A stretch of DNA of 64,000 bases, from assembly GCA_965195345.1 (NCBI GenBank), contig OZ239628.1:1024001-1088000 (forward strand), read 5' to 3'. Numbering within the stretch: the stretch's first letter is position 1; each line of letters begins with the position of its first letter. Made by a program: the position numbers and the translations under genes. Origin of the DNA: an uncultured Thiomicrospira sp. (GTDB lineage Bacteria > Pseudomonadota > Gammaproteobacteria > CAKMZV01). Of this stretch, positions 30,422 through 39,727 are shown in pieces. The notes below the pieces were generated by a model. The model was not told the DNA's origin. It saw only the letters and a program-made list of their open reading frames with translations, and ran no database searches.

Positions 30422-30666
30422 GCGACTCTAATGTAGTTTTAATTTAGGAAAAAACTTCATTAATGAAGCTTGTATTAGTAGAATTATATATCAATTTGAA
30501 AGTTAAAGTGTTTTATTAAGAGACAAATGACAAATTACTTGTTCTTGAAAGTATAACTATTTGATTTTTCAGAAATAAAAATAGTAAAAAGTGAAACTTA
30601 TGAAGTGTGTTCATAAAGTTTTCATTAGAACAACTATCGTTTTTAAGGAAGACGATATTGATCGTT

Positions 30667-31266
30667 TTATTTTTGGAAATTATTGACGATTAGACAAAAA
30701 AGGCGTGCTGTTTGCATGCAATCGTATAGTGCTGAATGGGCAGCATTGCTGTCCCAACCTAAACCAGCGCGTTGACATGCTTGGTTTAGCACAGTTTGAC
30801 CGTAGGCAGTAGCAGCGAGTGTTACAGTATCAAAGGTGCTAAATGAGTGTAAAGCACTGTTTATGTTATGTCGTTCAAATGCTTTATTAAGAAATGTTAG
30901 ATCGAATGATGCATTGTGTCCCACTAAAATTGCGCGCGAACAGTTATGAAGTTTTATCTTTTCTTTAAGAATTTTATTTAAATCGAGCAAAGCTTCCTCT
31001 TCTGGTTCGGAAAAACGCAATGCGCTATAAGGATCGTATCCTAGAAAAGCTTCACTTTTAGGATCAACAACAAGTCCTGGCTCTGGAGTGATCGCGTAAT
31101 GCAGCGGTTCGTCGCTCGGAACAAGAAGTCCGGCGGCGTTAACCGTAATTACAATTGCACATACCTCTAATAATGCATTTTTTTCAAAGTCAAATCCGCC
31201 TGTCTCAACATCAATAACAACAGGTAAAAATTTACGGAATCGATTTTTTATTTTAGTAACTTGCAT
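30667..31266 (-). CDS. rnt: Ribonuclease T
   Basis: RFRKFLPVVIDVETGG, LVGHNASFD, FDTVTL, AYGQTVL, HSALYD. Confidence 0.95.
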   Translation of the reverse strand: MQVTKIKNRFRKFLPVVIDVETGGFDFEKNALLEVCAIVITVNAAGLLVPSDEPLHYAITPEPGLVVDPKSEAFLGYDPYSALRFSEPEEEALLDLNKILKEKIKLHNCSRAILVGHNASFDLTFLNKAFERHNINSALHSFSTFDTVTLAATAYGQTVLNQACQRAGLGWDSNAAHSALYDCMQTARLFCLIVNNFQK

Positions 31267-32438
31267 AGTACCTGTGCATTTCTTTGATGGTTATATATGC
31301 GTGTAAGAGGTAATTCACTATAATCTTGAGCAATAAATTGATGTTCTATAAACCAATCTAAGGCTTGTGTAGTGAGTACGAATATTTTAGACTTATCCAT
31401 GCTTAGAGCTTGATCTTGTGCATGAAGTAGAAGTGTATTTCCCAGTTTCAATCTTCTAGCATCATCAGATACGACTAAAGATGCCAACTCAACTGAATTT
31501 TCATCTAATTCATATAAAACATAGCACCCTATTAGCTTTCCATCGCGTAACATAACGGTATAGTTATCAATGTGGCGTGTTATATCATCCTCAGTTCTAT
31601 GAACAAGCATATCCTGGCTTTGTAGAGGTGTGGTGAGGTTTAGAATATGAGGGATATCACTGCTATCAGCGCTCCTCAATACATCGTAATTATCTTGATG
31701 GATGAGTAAGCCAACGCCATCTCGGGTATACAATTCAATTAATAGGCTTCCGTCGTATTTACAATCAAGGAAATGCACTCTTGAGAGGCCTTCGCTTGTT
31801 GCTCGAATGGCGAATTGAAGTAATGGGTGTTTCTCATCAGATATGTCTCTAGGAATATATTGACGTTTTGGTAATTTTGGCATTTCAGACTTGTCTGCTA
31901 ATACGATAACCTTACTCGCAGAAACAGCCGTAGCTATTTTAATGGCGAAGTAATAAGCGTTCAGTAGAAATCCTTTTCCACTCGGTGAGTGTGCAATAGG
32001 AGGGTGCCAAATAATTTGTTCCGCCTCTAACGCAGCATTAATATGACCGATTTCAATATTTCTACACACGCCTCTTGATAATTGATTCACACCTTTGATT
32101 ATGCCTTGGGGGCGTGCGGAACAGAATTGTCCACCTATTATTGGCAATAATAGCTTGGCTGATTGGCTGTTAAAAACATACCGCATTTGCTCAAATTTAT
32201 ATCGTATCTCCTGCAAATAGGCATCATCTACTACTTTCATTTCAGGTTCAATAGATTCAGTCGTAGGAATTAATATTAGTTTAATGCCAAGATTGTGAAG
32301 TAAAGCAAGATCTTCAACTAAACTCGACGGAGTTGAAGTTGTTACAATAGAGTCTGGGATGACTACTACCATTGTTTTATCGCGATGTTCGTGAATATAG
32401 GGTAGGGCTTGCCTTAAATAACTAACAATTTTTTCCAT
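31248..32438 (-). CDS. argA: Amino-acid N-acetyltransferase (N-acetylglutamate synthase)
   Basis: LRQALPYIHEHRDKT, RVHFL...DGSLLIELYTRDGVG, C-terminal GNAT with FVLTT...WF and YN.QRN. Confidence 0.9.
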   Translation of the reverse strand: MEKIVSYLRQALPYIHEHRDKTMVVVIPDSIVTTSTPSSLVEDLALLHNLGIKLILIPTTESIEPEMKVVDDAYLQEIRYKFEQMRYVFNSQSAKLLLPIIGGQFCSARPQGIIKGVNQLSRGVCRNIEIGHINAALEAEQIIWHPPIAHSPSGKGFLLNAYYFAIKIATAVSASKVIVLADKSEMPKLPKRQYIPRDISDEKHPLLQFAIRATSEGLSRVHFLDCKYDGSLLIELYTRDGVGLLIHQDNYDVLRSADSSDIPHILNLTTPLQSQDMLVHRTEDDITRHIDNYTVMLRDGKLIGCYVLYELDENSVELASLVVSDDARRLKLGNTLLLHAQDQALSMDKSKIFVLTTQALDWFIEHQFIAQDYSELPLTRIYNHQRNAQVLCKLLK

Positions 32439-32448
32439 ATACTGAATT

Positions 32449-33345
32449 ATGCCAGAACAAGAACCTGAAAAAGTCCAAGAATTGCCACAACAAAATATAA
32501 TTGCGCTTGTTTATGATTTTGATGGCACATTGTCTCCTCAGCCAATGCAAGAATATACGGTTTTGCCTGAAATTGATATGGATGCCAATAAATTTTGGGA
32601 TGCTGTACAAAAAGAGACCGATAGAACTAAAAGTGAGAAGATGTTAGTTTATATGCGCATGTTAGTTGAGGCGATAGAGGCGAAAAAAATTCATATTTCA
32701 CGTGACAAATTCACTGCAATGGGAGGCGATGTAGAGTATTTTCAGGGTGTTAATGAATGGTTCGATAATATTAATGCATACGTGGAAGAAATTTCTAATG
32801 GTCGTGTTGAATTGCGCCACTACATTATTTCTGCTGGGTTGAAAGAAATTCTTGATGGCGTGACAATTGAAAATAAATTTCACAAAATATATGCTTCTGA
32901 ATACCATTATGATCATCACGGTTGTGCGGTTTATCCTAAATTATTGATCACTGATACGAGTAAGACACAATTTTTGTTTCGCATCAACAAAGGAAAGGAG
33001 GGTGTGATAGATCCTATAAATGATCACATGTCTGAAGATCAACGTCCCATTCCTTTCTCAAATATTATCTATATAGGCGATGGCGATACCGATGTTCCTA
33101 GTATGGCTGTAGTGAAAAAAAACGGTGGTCACGCTTTGGCAGTATACGACTCAACCGAAGCAGAGAAAGGGAAAAAAGGGTATGAATTATGTTGCAGCTT
33201 GCTTAAATCAAATCGAATCGATTTTTTTGCTGAAGCAGACTATAGAGAGAATGAAAATTTAGATAGGGTAATCAAATTGATTTTAGAGTATGTGGTAAAA
33301 AAAATCGAATTTAATTTAATTGTAAATCAAGGAGAGAATCAGTAA
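32449..33345 (+). CDS. HAD-superfamily hydrolase
   Basis: Motif I YDFDGTL, motif II IISAG, motif IV YIGDGDTDVPSM. Confidence 0.85.
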   Translation: MPEQEPEKVQELPQQNIIALVYDFDGTLSPQPMQEYTVLPEIDMDANKFWDAVQKETDRTKSEKMLVYMRMLVEAIEAKKIHISRDKFTAMGGDVEYFQGVNEWFDNINAYVEEISNGRVELRHYIISAGLKEILDGVTIENKFHKIYASEYHYDHHGCAVYPKLLITDTSKTQFLFRINKGKEGVIDPINDHMSEDQRPIPFSNIIYIGDGDTDVPSMAVVKKNGGHALAVYDSTEAEKGKKGYELCCSLLKSNRIDFFAEADYRENENLDRVIKLILEYVVKKIEFNLIVNQGENQ

Positions 33346-33347
33346 TT

Positions 33348-34367
33348 ATGCCCAATAAATTTCCTAAACCACCGTTTCCTGAAGATATACCTGAGAAAAT
33401 TGGCGTATTGCTGATCAATCTTGGTACCCCAGATGCGCCAACAGCGAAAGCGATAAGACCATATCTTGCTCAGTTTCTGCATGATTGGAGAGTTATAGAG
33501 GTGAGCCGTTGGATCTGGTGCTTAATTCTGCACGGATTTATTTTGCGGATAAGACCTGGAAAAATTGCATCAGCGTATGCAACTATTTGGACAGATGAGG
33601 GGTCGCCGTTACTCGCGATCACTAAACGACAAGCAAACAAATTGTCTAAGAAACTCAGTAATTATGAAGTGGCGTATGCAATGCGTTACGGAAATCCTTC
33701 GGTTTCATTAGCTATGAATTCTTTGCATCGTGCTAACTGTCGTAAATTGCTTGTTCTTCCGATGTATCCTCAGTACTCCAGTGCAACGACTGCTTCTAGT
33801 CTAGATGCAGTATTCGATGAATTAAAGACATGGAGATGGATGCCTGAAGTCAGAACAATAAATTCTTATGCAACCGACCCAAGATACATAAGTGCACTTG
33901 CAAATAGTTTACAACGTGTTTGGAAGAAAGATAAGCCTTTTGAAAAACTGGTTATTTCTTTTCACGGAACACCGGAAAAATTCCGCGATCTTGGAGATCC
34001 TTATTATTATCAATGCAAAGCAACGAGCGAAGCTTTAGCAAAGGCATTGAAATTGCAAGATGATCAGTGGATACTGTGTTTTCAATCTCAGTTTGGCAAT
34101 GATCCATGGATCAAACCATCTACTTCAGGCACCTTGAAATCACTTGGTGAGCAAGGAGTAAAGTCAGTCGATGTTATTTGTCCGGGATTTTCGGCAGATT
34201 GCCTTGAAACCTTAGAAGAAATAGAAGAAGAGAATCGTGAAGTATTTGAAGAAGCAGGTGGTACTCACTTTCGTTATATTCCAGCCCTTAATGACAATGA
34301 TGATCATATTGAAGCATTAGAAAAAATTATTAATAGCCACGTCTTTGGTTGGAATGATGCGTCATAG
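33348..34367 (+). CDS. hemH: Ferrochelatase
   Basis: LINLGTP, AMRYGNPS, PMYPQYS, SFHG.P, CPGFSADCLETLEE. Confidence 0.96.
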   Translation: MPNKFPKPPFPEDIPEKIGVLLINLGTPDAPTAKAIRPYLAQFLHDWRVIEVSRWIWCLILHGFILRIRPGKIASAYATIWTDEGSPLLAITKRQANKLSKKLSNYEVAYAMRYGNPSVSLAMNSLHRANCRKLLVLPMYPQYSSATTASSLDAVFDELKTWRWMPEVRTINSYATDPRYISALANSLQRVWKKDKPFEKLVISFHGTPEKFRDLGDPYYYQCKATSEALAKALKLQDDQWILCFQSQFGNDPWIKPSTSGTLKSLGEQGVKSVDVICPGFSADCLETLEEIEEENREVFEEAGGTHFRYIPALNDNDDHIEALEKIINSHVFGWNDAS

Positions 34368-34372
34368 CTCTA

Positions 34373-34903
34373 ATGATTAAAATAGGTCTAGTTACAGTGT
34401 CAGATCGTGCCAGTAAAGGCGAATACCAAGATATGGGTGGTCCAGCAATGCAAGCATGGTTGAATAAGGTGCTTACGGTACCTTGGCAAGCGGTAAATTG
34501 TGTAGTTAGTGACGATAAGCCCATTGTTGAGGCATGTTTAATTGAGTTGTGTGATCAAGAACATTGCTCGCTTATATTAACCACTGGAGGAACTGGACCT
34601 GCTCCGCGCGATATTACTCCAGAAGTTACGCAATCTGTGTGTGAAAAAATCTTACCTGGTTTTGGTGAGTTGATGCGACAAAAATCGCTTCAACATGTAC
34701 CCACTGCCATCTTATCAAGACAATGTGCGGGTATTCGCAAAAACTGCTTGATTATAAATTTACCTGGAAAGCCAAGTTCGATTTCTGAATGTCTTGAAGC
34801 CGTTTTTCCAGCTGTTCCGTATTGTCTTGACTTGATTGGTGGAGGATACTTAGAAACAGATGCTTCAGTTATTACCAGCTTTAGACCAAATTCAAAAAAA
34901 TGA
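34373..34903 (+). CDS. mog: Molybdopterin adenylyltransferase
   Basis: VSDRAS.G.Y.D, TTGGTGPAPRD.TPE, PGFGELMR, NLPGKP, VPYCLDL. Confidence 0.95.
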   Translation: MIKIGLVTVSDRASKGEYQDMGGPAMQAWLNKVLTVPWQAVNCVVSDDKPIVEACLIELCDQEHCSLILTTGGTGPAPRDITPEVTQSVCEKILPGFGELMRQKSLQHVPTAILSRQCAGIRKNCLIINLPGKPSSISECLEAVFPAVPYCLDLIGGGYLETDASVITSFRPNSKK

Positions 34904-35715
34904 GAGAAAATATGACAACTAACAAAAATATTGTACTGAGTGAATTGAATGATAACGGTATTCTACGTCTAACCTTAAATGATAGTCAGCGGAGAAATGT
35001 TTTATCCGAATCGATGATAAATGAGCTTACTGAAGCCTTTAATGATGCTAAGAAAAATAATGAAGTACGCGTTATAGTTCTTGCTGCAAACGGTCCCGCC
35101 TTTTGTGCTGGTCATGACCTCAAAGAAATAACTAATGCACGCGCTCAAGAGGACGCTGGACAATCTTATTTCAAAAAAATTCTTAATCTTTGTTCACAGC
35201 TTATGCAAGTGATAGTAAATAATCCTAAGCCAGTTATAGCTGAAGTTGCAGGTATTGCGACTGCTGCGGGGTGTCAATTGGTCGCCAGTTGTGATCTTGC
35301 AATAGCGACACGTGAAGCACGATTTGCCACGCCCGGTGTTCACATCGGACTTTTTTGTTCTACACCAATGGTAGCGCTTTCTCGAAATGTATCCAATAAA
35401 CAGGCCATGGAGATGTTATTACTTGGTGATTTTATTACTGCAGATAGAGCTTGCAGCATTGGATTAATTAACAAAGCAGTAGACCAAAAAGAATTAACTG
35501 TCGAAGTAATGCAAATGGCTGAAAAAATGGCTGCTAAATCTTCTACGACTTTAGCTATGGGTAAGGAAGCTTTCTATGTGCAAAAAGAGATGCCGCTTGA
35601 TGAAGCTTATGTATACGCTTCAAAGGTGATGGTCGCAAATATGCTTAAGGCAGATGCAAAAGAAGGCATTAGTGCATTTATCGAGAAAAGGAAACCTCAA
35701 TGGCAAATTCTTTAA
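34900..35715 (+). CDS. Enoyl-CoA hydratase/isomerase family protein
   Basis: FCAGHDLKE, ATAAGCQLVASCDLA, FATPGV.IGLFCSTP. Confidence 0.9.
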   Translation: MRENMTTNKNIVLSELNDNGILRLTLNDSQRRNVLSESMINELTEAFNDAKKNNEVRVIVLAANGPAFCAGHDLKEITNARAQEDAGQSYFKKILNLCSQLMQVIVNNPKPVIAEVAGIATAAGCQLVASCDLAIATREARFATPGVHIGLFCSTPMVALSRNVSNKQAMEMLLLGDFITADRACSIGLINKAVDQKELTVEVMQMAEKMAAKSSTTLAMGKEAFYVQKEMPLDEAYVYASKVMVANMLKADAKEGISAFIEKRKPQWQIL

Positions 35716-37328
35716 GCATTTATGACAGCGGGTTGGATAAAAATCCAGCGAATTATCAACCGCTTACTCCTCTGGTTTTTTTGCAAAGATCGGCTTCTGT
35801 TTATCCTGAACATTTAGCAATAATTCACGGTAGGCAGCGAATTTCGTACCAACAATTTTATAATAGATCACGTCAATTAGCGAGTGCTTTAAGTAAGCGT
35901 GGAATAGGGCGCAACGATACTGTTTCAGTAGTGCATTCGAATACTCCTGCAATGCTTGAGGCGCATTATGGTATCCCAATGAGCGGTGCTGTTCTGCATT
36001 CAATCAACACGCGTCTTGATTCTAAAGTAATGGCTTTCCAATTGGATCATGCTGAGTCGAAAGTAGTTATTGTTGACCGAGAATTCTCTAAGGTTGTAAA
36101 GGATGCTTTGTGCTTGTCTAAAATTGATCCGTTGGTTATAGACTATGATGATTTGGAGTTTCCTCAAGAAAATCAGGCAATAGGAAGTATTGATTATGAA
36201 GACTTTATAGCACAGGGGGAAGAGGATTTCTATTGGAAAATGCCAGAAGATGAATGGGATGCTATATCCGTGAATTATACTTCAGGTACCACTGGTAATC
36301 CCAAAGGGGTCGTATATCATCATCGAGGTGCTTGTTTGCTATCACAAGGAAATGCATTAACAACTTCGATGGTTAAGCATGCGGTTTATCTTTGGACTTT
36401 ACCGATGTTTCATTGCAATGGTTGGTGTTTTACTTGGACTATTAGTGCGATAAATGGCACACACGTTTGTTTGAGACAGGTGAACGCCAAAGCCATTTGG
36501 GACGCGTTGATAGATTTTAAAGTGACGCATTTATGTGGAGCGCCTATCGTGATGCACACCATCCTAAATGCATTAAAAGAAAATGAAAGTCCACTTAATC
36601 ACACTGTTGATTTCTTTACTGCTGCTGCGCCACCGCCTGAACGCGTATTATTTGATATGAACAAAATTGGCTTCAATGTGACTCATTTATACGGACTAAC
36701 TGAAACATACGGTCCTGCTGTCGTCAATGACTGGCATCAAGGTTGGAGTGATTTAGATAGTTCTGAACAAGCACGATTAAAGGCACGCCAAGGAGTACGT
36801 TATCACGCACTGGAATCGCTTGACGTTATTGATCCTAAAACAATGAAGCCAGTACCACGTGACGGTGTCACCTTAGGTGAAGTAATGTTTAGTGGTAATA
36901 TAGTTATGAAAGGCTATTTAAAGAACACTGAAGCAACTAAAGCCGCTTTTTCTGGTGGTTGGTTTCATTCGGGTGATCTTGGCGTTATTCACCCAGATGG
37001 CTATATTCAGCTCAAAGACCGCTCTAAAGACATAATTATTTCTGGTGGGGAAAATATTTCATCAATTGAAATTGAAGATGTTCTATATAAGCATCCAGCG
37101 GTTTCCGTTGCTGCGGTAGTAGCTAAGCAGCATGAGAAGTGGGGTGAGACGCCATGTGCATTTATTGAATGTAGACAAGGAAAGAGTACGAATGCAGAAG
37201 ACATGGAAAAATGGTGCAGACAGCATCTTGCATCCTATAAAGTTCCTCGCACATTTATTTTTATGGAAATCCCTAAGACATCTACAGGCAAGATTCAAAA
37301 ATATTTATTGAGAACTAGTCTCACATAA
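35700..37328 (+). CDS. Acyl-CoA synthetase (AMP-forming), DmdB1-like clade
   Basis: LDKNPANYQPLTP N-terminus, YTSGTTGNPKG, YGLTETYGP, GWFHSGD, PKTSTGKIQK. Confidence 0.88.
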   Translation: MANSLSIYDSGLDKNPANYQPLTPLVFLQRSASVYPEHLAIIHGRQRISYQQFYNRSRQLASALSKRGIGRNDTVSVVHSNTPAMLEAHYGIPMSGAVLHSINTRLDSKVMAFQLDHAESKVVIVDREFSKVVKDALCLSKIDPLVIDYDDLEFPQENQAIGSIDYEDFIAQGEEDFYWKMPEDEWDAISVNYTSGTTGNPKGVVYHHRGACLLSQGNALTTSMVKHAVYLWTLPMFHCNGWCFTWTISAINGTHVCLRQVNAKAIWDALIDFKVTHLCGAPIVMHTILNALKENESPLNHTVDFFTAAAPPPERVLFDMNKIGFNVTHLYGLTETYGPAVVNDWHQGWSDLDSSEQARLKARQGVRYHALESLDVIDPKTMKPVPRDGVTLGEVMFSGNIVMKGYLKNTEATKAAFSGGWFHSGDLGVIHPDGYIQLKDRSKDIIISGGENISSIEIEDVLYKHPAVSVAAVVAKQHEKWGETPCAFIECRQGKSTNAEDMEKWCRQHLASYKVPRTFIFMEIPKTSTGKIQKYLLRTSLT

Positions 37329-37381
37329 TTTCCTTAAAAGACAGCAGTGTTAGTGACTTTTCTTAAAGTAGGGCAATAATT

Positions 37382-37416
37382 TTCATACTTTGAGGGTCGC
37401 TTAAGTATAATGCGCC
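37382..37416 (+). promoter_or_regulatory. Putative stable-RNA promoter upstream of the tRNA-Leu transcript
   Basis: TTCATA, 18 nt, TATAAT (37406-37411), followed by GC-rich discriminator GCGCC. Confidence 0.55.
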
Positions 37417-37417
37417 T

Positions 37418-37510
37418 TGTTCGTAAAAAGTTATTCTTAATTGCTCGTTATTGAATAATAACGATAAAGAATGACGTACAAAATATATACGAACAGCACA
37501 CGGCGGTGCT
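37418..37510 (+). ncRNA. Candidate structured RNA / tRNA leader (long interrupted hairpin plus small hairpin)
   Basis: Nested stems 37418-37425/37488-37495, 37430-37438/37467-37475 and 37445-37452/37457-37464, plus AGCAC/GTGCT hairpin 37495-37510. Confidence 0.4.
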
Positions 37511-37528
37511 ACAAAAAATCTTTACGTA

Positions 37529-37613
37529 GCGGGAGTGGTGAAATTGGTATACACGCTGGATTTAGGTTCCAGTGCCTCACGGCGTGAGAGTTCGAGTCTC
37601 TCCTCCCGCACCA
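37529..37613 (+). tRNA. tRNA-Leu (TAG)
   Basis: GCGGGAGTGGTGAAATTGGTATACACGCTGGATTTAGGTTCCAG...GTTCGAGTCTCTCCTCCCGCACCA: 85 nt, long variable arm, encoded CCA. Confidence 0.96.
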
Positions 37614-37658
37614 TTAATCAAAAGCACAAAGCTTAAGCGATTAAAATCTATAAAAAAA

Positions 37659-38861
37659 TTAGAACCTTTTAGGGATGTCAATTTCCTTTCCGCGAACAAT
37701 CTTACCTGTCTTGTCATACATAGGCAAGGTGCAAAGTGTGCCGTTATTTAGCATGCCATCACTGCATTGAACTTGCACACTATCACCGATTTGAAAATGT
37801 ATGTTATCCATGCGTACAATTGCCACTCCGCATTGTAGATATGGAGAATAAGAACTAGAGCATACTTTCGCAACAGTTTGTTTGTCTATGAGAACACTGC
37901 GACCTAATTCAGCAATGCCATTTTCTGTTTTTAGACCTACAGTGCGTGGATCCTTTGCCGCTTTCAATAATGCTTCTTTGCCAAAGAATTTTGTTTTGTT
38001 AAAGTCGACCAAATGTCCAAGACCTGCATCAAATGGGGTAGTAGTTTCATCAAAATCCGATCCAGCATTGAGCAATCCTGCTTCAATTCGTCTTGTGCGG
38101 AATGCTTCAGCGGAAGTTGGCATTAAATTAAAAGGCGCGCCTGCTTGCAATATTTTTTCTCCAATGGCATCACTGTTATGATGAGGTTCTAAATAGAACT
38201 CCCAACCCAATTCGTTAGTAAAGCCAGTGCGAGTAATAACAACTTCTTCTCCTGCTATTGCTACACGAGCCATGTCAAAATAGTTGAATTTTTCTGGTAA
38301 ACATTTTCTATCTATAGCATTTTCCAGAACCTTGAGAGCATTCGGTCCTTGTACTTGAGAGACCCAAATACCCGTGTCACTTGCCTCAACGTTTAAATTT
38401 TCAGAGTGTGCTTTTATCCACGAAATAACATCGCCATCTCCTTGTGCAAACCAAAATCGATCTTCCTCTACTTGCACGAGTACTCCATCGGTAATCATGC
38501 CTCCATTGTGGTCACAAACAAATTGATAAGAGCATCGTCCTATTTTGTGTTTTCTTATGTCACGAGCAAAAATTAAGTCGCATAATTTCCGAGCATCTTT
38601 TCCACGAATATCAACCGGTAATTCACCGGTATGGCGCATGATGACATTAGTGCGTACTTGCCAATACACTTCATCAGCACTGTAGTTCTCCATTTTATTT
38701 GCAGCAAGCCTTCGGTTATATACCATATATTTTGGTTTATAGGGTAATTCCTGATGGATAAGTGGATGCGGTGCCATTGCACGAGAAAATTCATTGGGAA
38801 CACCGTTTTTTACAGGCATTGCCGATGCATAAATATCTAGATTCTGGAGGAGTTTTGTCAT
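37659..38861 (-). CDS. GcvT-family folate-dependent aminomethyl/methyl-transferase, DmdA-related
   Basis: GGMITDG, QVQGPNA, TRTGFTNELGWE, RRIEAGLL..G.D, TPFDAGLG, F.GKEAL, LPMYD. Confidence 0.8.
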   Translation of the reverse strand: MTKLLQNLDIYASAMPVKNGVPNEFSRAMAPHPLIHQELPYKPKYMVYNRRLAANKMENYSADEVYWQVRTNVIMRHTGELPVDIRGKDARKLCDLIFARDIRKHKIGRCSYQFVCDHNGGMITDGVLVQVEEDRFWFAQGDGDVISWIKAHSENLNVEASDTGIWVSQVQGPNALKVLENAIDRKCLPEKFNYFDMARVAIAGEEVVITRTGFTNELGWEFYLEPHHNSDAIGEKILQAGAPFNLMPTSAEAFRTRRIEAGLLNAGSDFDETTTPFDAGLGHLVDFNKTKFFGKEALLKAAKDPRTVGLKTENGIAELGRSVLIDKQTVAKVCSSSYSPYLQCGVAIVRMDNIHFQIGDSVQVQCSDGMLNNGTLCTLPMYDKTGKIVRGKEIDIPKRF

Positions 38862-38904
38862 ATATCAGTGAGTGCTTAAATATATTTGCTAAGCGACTGA
38901 ATGA

Positions 38905-39705
38905 TTATTTTGCTTCTGCAACAACTCGAAAGCCATCGACAACAAAACCTTGCTGAGGTTTATTCCCTCCGCGGTGTGCAAAGCGCATCATGTGCATCGG
39001 GCAATGATACGAACCACCACGTTTGACTTTAGAAAATCCCTTTTCCGGTCCTTTTGGGTCAACTGCTTGCTTAGCATTGCGTTCATAAGTTTTTGAAGAA
39101 TACCAATCGTCAACCCATTCCCAAACATTTCCAAACATATCGTGCAGTCCAAAGGCATTTGCTTTACGTGTGGCAACTGGATGAGCATGGTCATTTGAAC
39201 TTTCGATAAACCACGCATACTTTTGCATGTCATCGCCTTCGGCTGGGCGAACATCATCATTGCCTCCACGTGCAGCGTATTCCCATTCGGCTTCTGTAGG
39301 CAACCGATAATTGTAGTTCTTATCAAGTTTGCTCAGTTCTTGCGTAAATCGTTTCGCCATAAACCATGAAATATCGCCTACGGGATAGTTTTGCCAGTCC
39401 TTTTTCTTCCAAGTATCACCTGGGCGATTTTCCATAACAGTTAGCCATTGCTGTTGGGTTACTTCGGTTTTACCCATCAAATAAGGTTTGCTAATGACTA
39501 CTCGATGGGCTGGCGTCTCATCGCGCGCCGTGTTTTCATCCGCTTCGGGGAATTCCAATTGGGCATCAACTAAGTCTTTGGTGCCCATATTAAAGTTGCC
39601 AGCTGGAATCTTCACAAATTCCATGCCGATTGTATTTTTTATGGTTTCTATCGCTTGGGAATTGAAACTGATGAGGGCAAATAAAGTAAAGATAATGTAT
39701 TTCAT
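38905..39705 (-). CDS. Exported SUMF1/FGE-sulfatase-domain protein
   Basis: F.MG, ETPAHRV, RLPTEAEWEYAAR, NAFGLHDMFGNVWEW, RGGS, GFR. ATG 39705 has SD AGGAGA and a signal peptide. Confidence 0.85.
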   Translation of the reverse strand: MKYIIFTLFALISFNSQAIETIKNTIGMEFVKIPAGNFNMGTKDLVDAQLEFPEADENTARDETPAHRVVISKPYLMGKTEVTQQQWLTVMENRPGDTWKKKDWQNYPVGDISWFMAKRFTQELSKLDKNYNYRLPTEAEWEYAARGGNDDVRPAEGDDMQKYAWFIESSNDHAHPVATRKANAFGLHDMFGNVWEWVDDWYSSKTYERNAKQAVDPKGPEKGFSKVKRGGSYHCPMHMMRFAHRGGNKPQQGFVVDGFRVVAEAK

Positions 39706-39727
39706 AAGATGTCTCCTTGGTTTTAAA

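Noticed and set aside
37613-39705. Genomic island integrated at tRNA-Leu
   Set aside because: No integrase and no duplicated tRNA 3' end noticed in the window.
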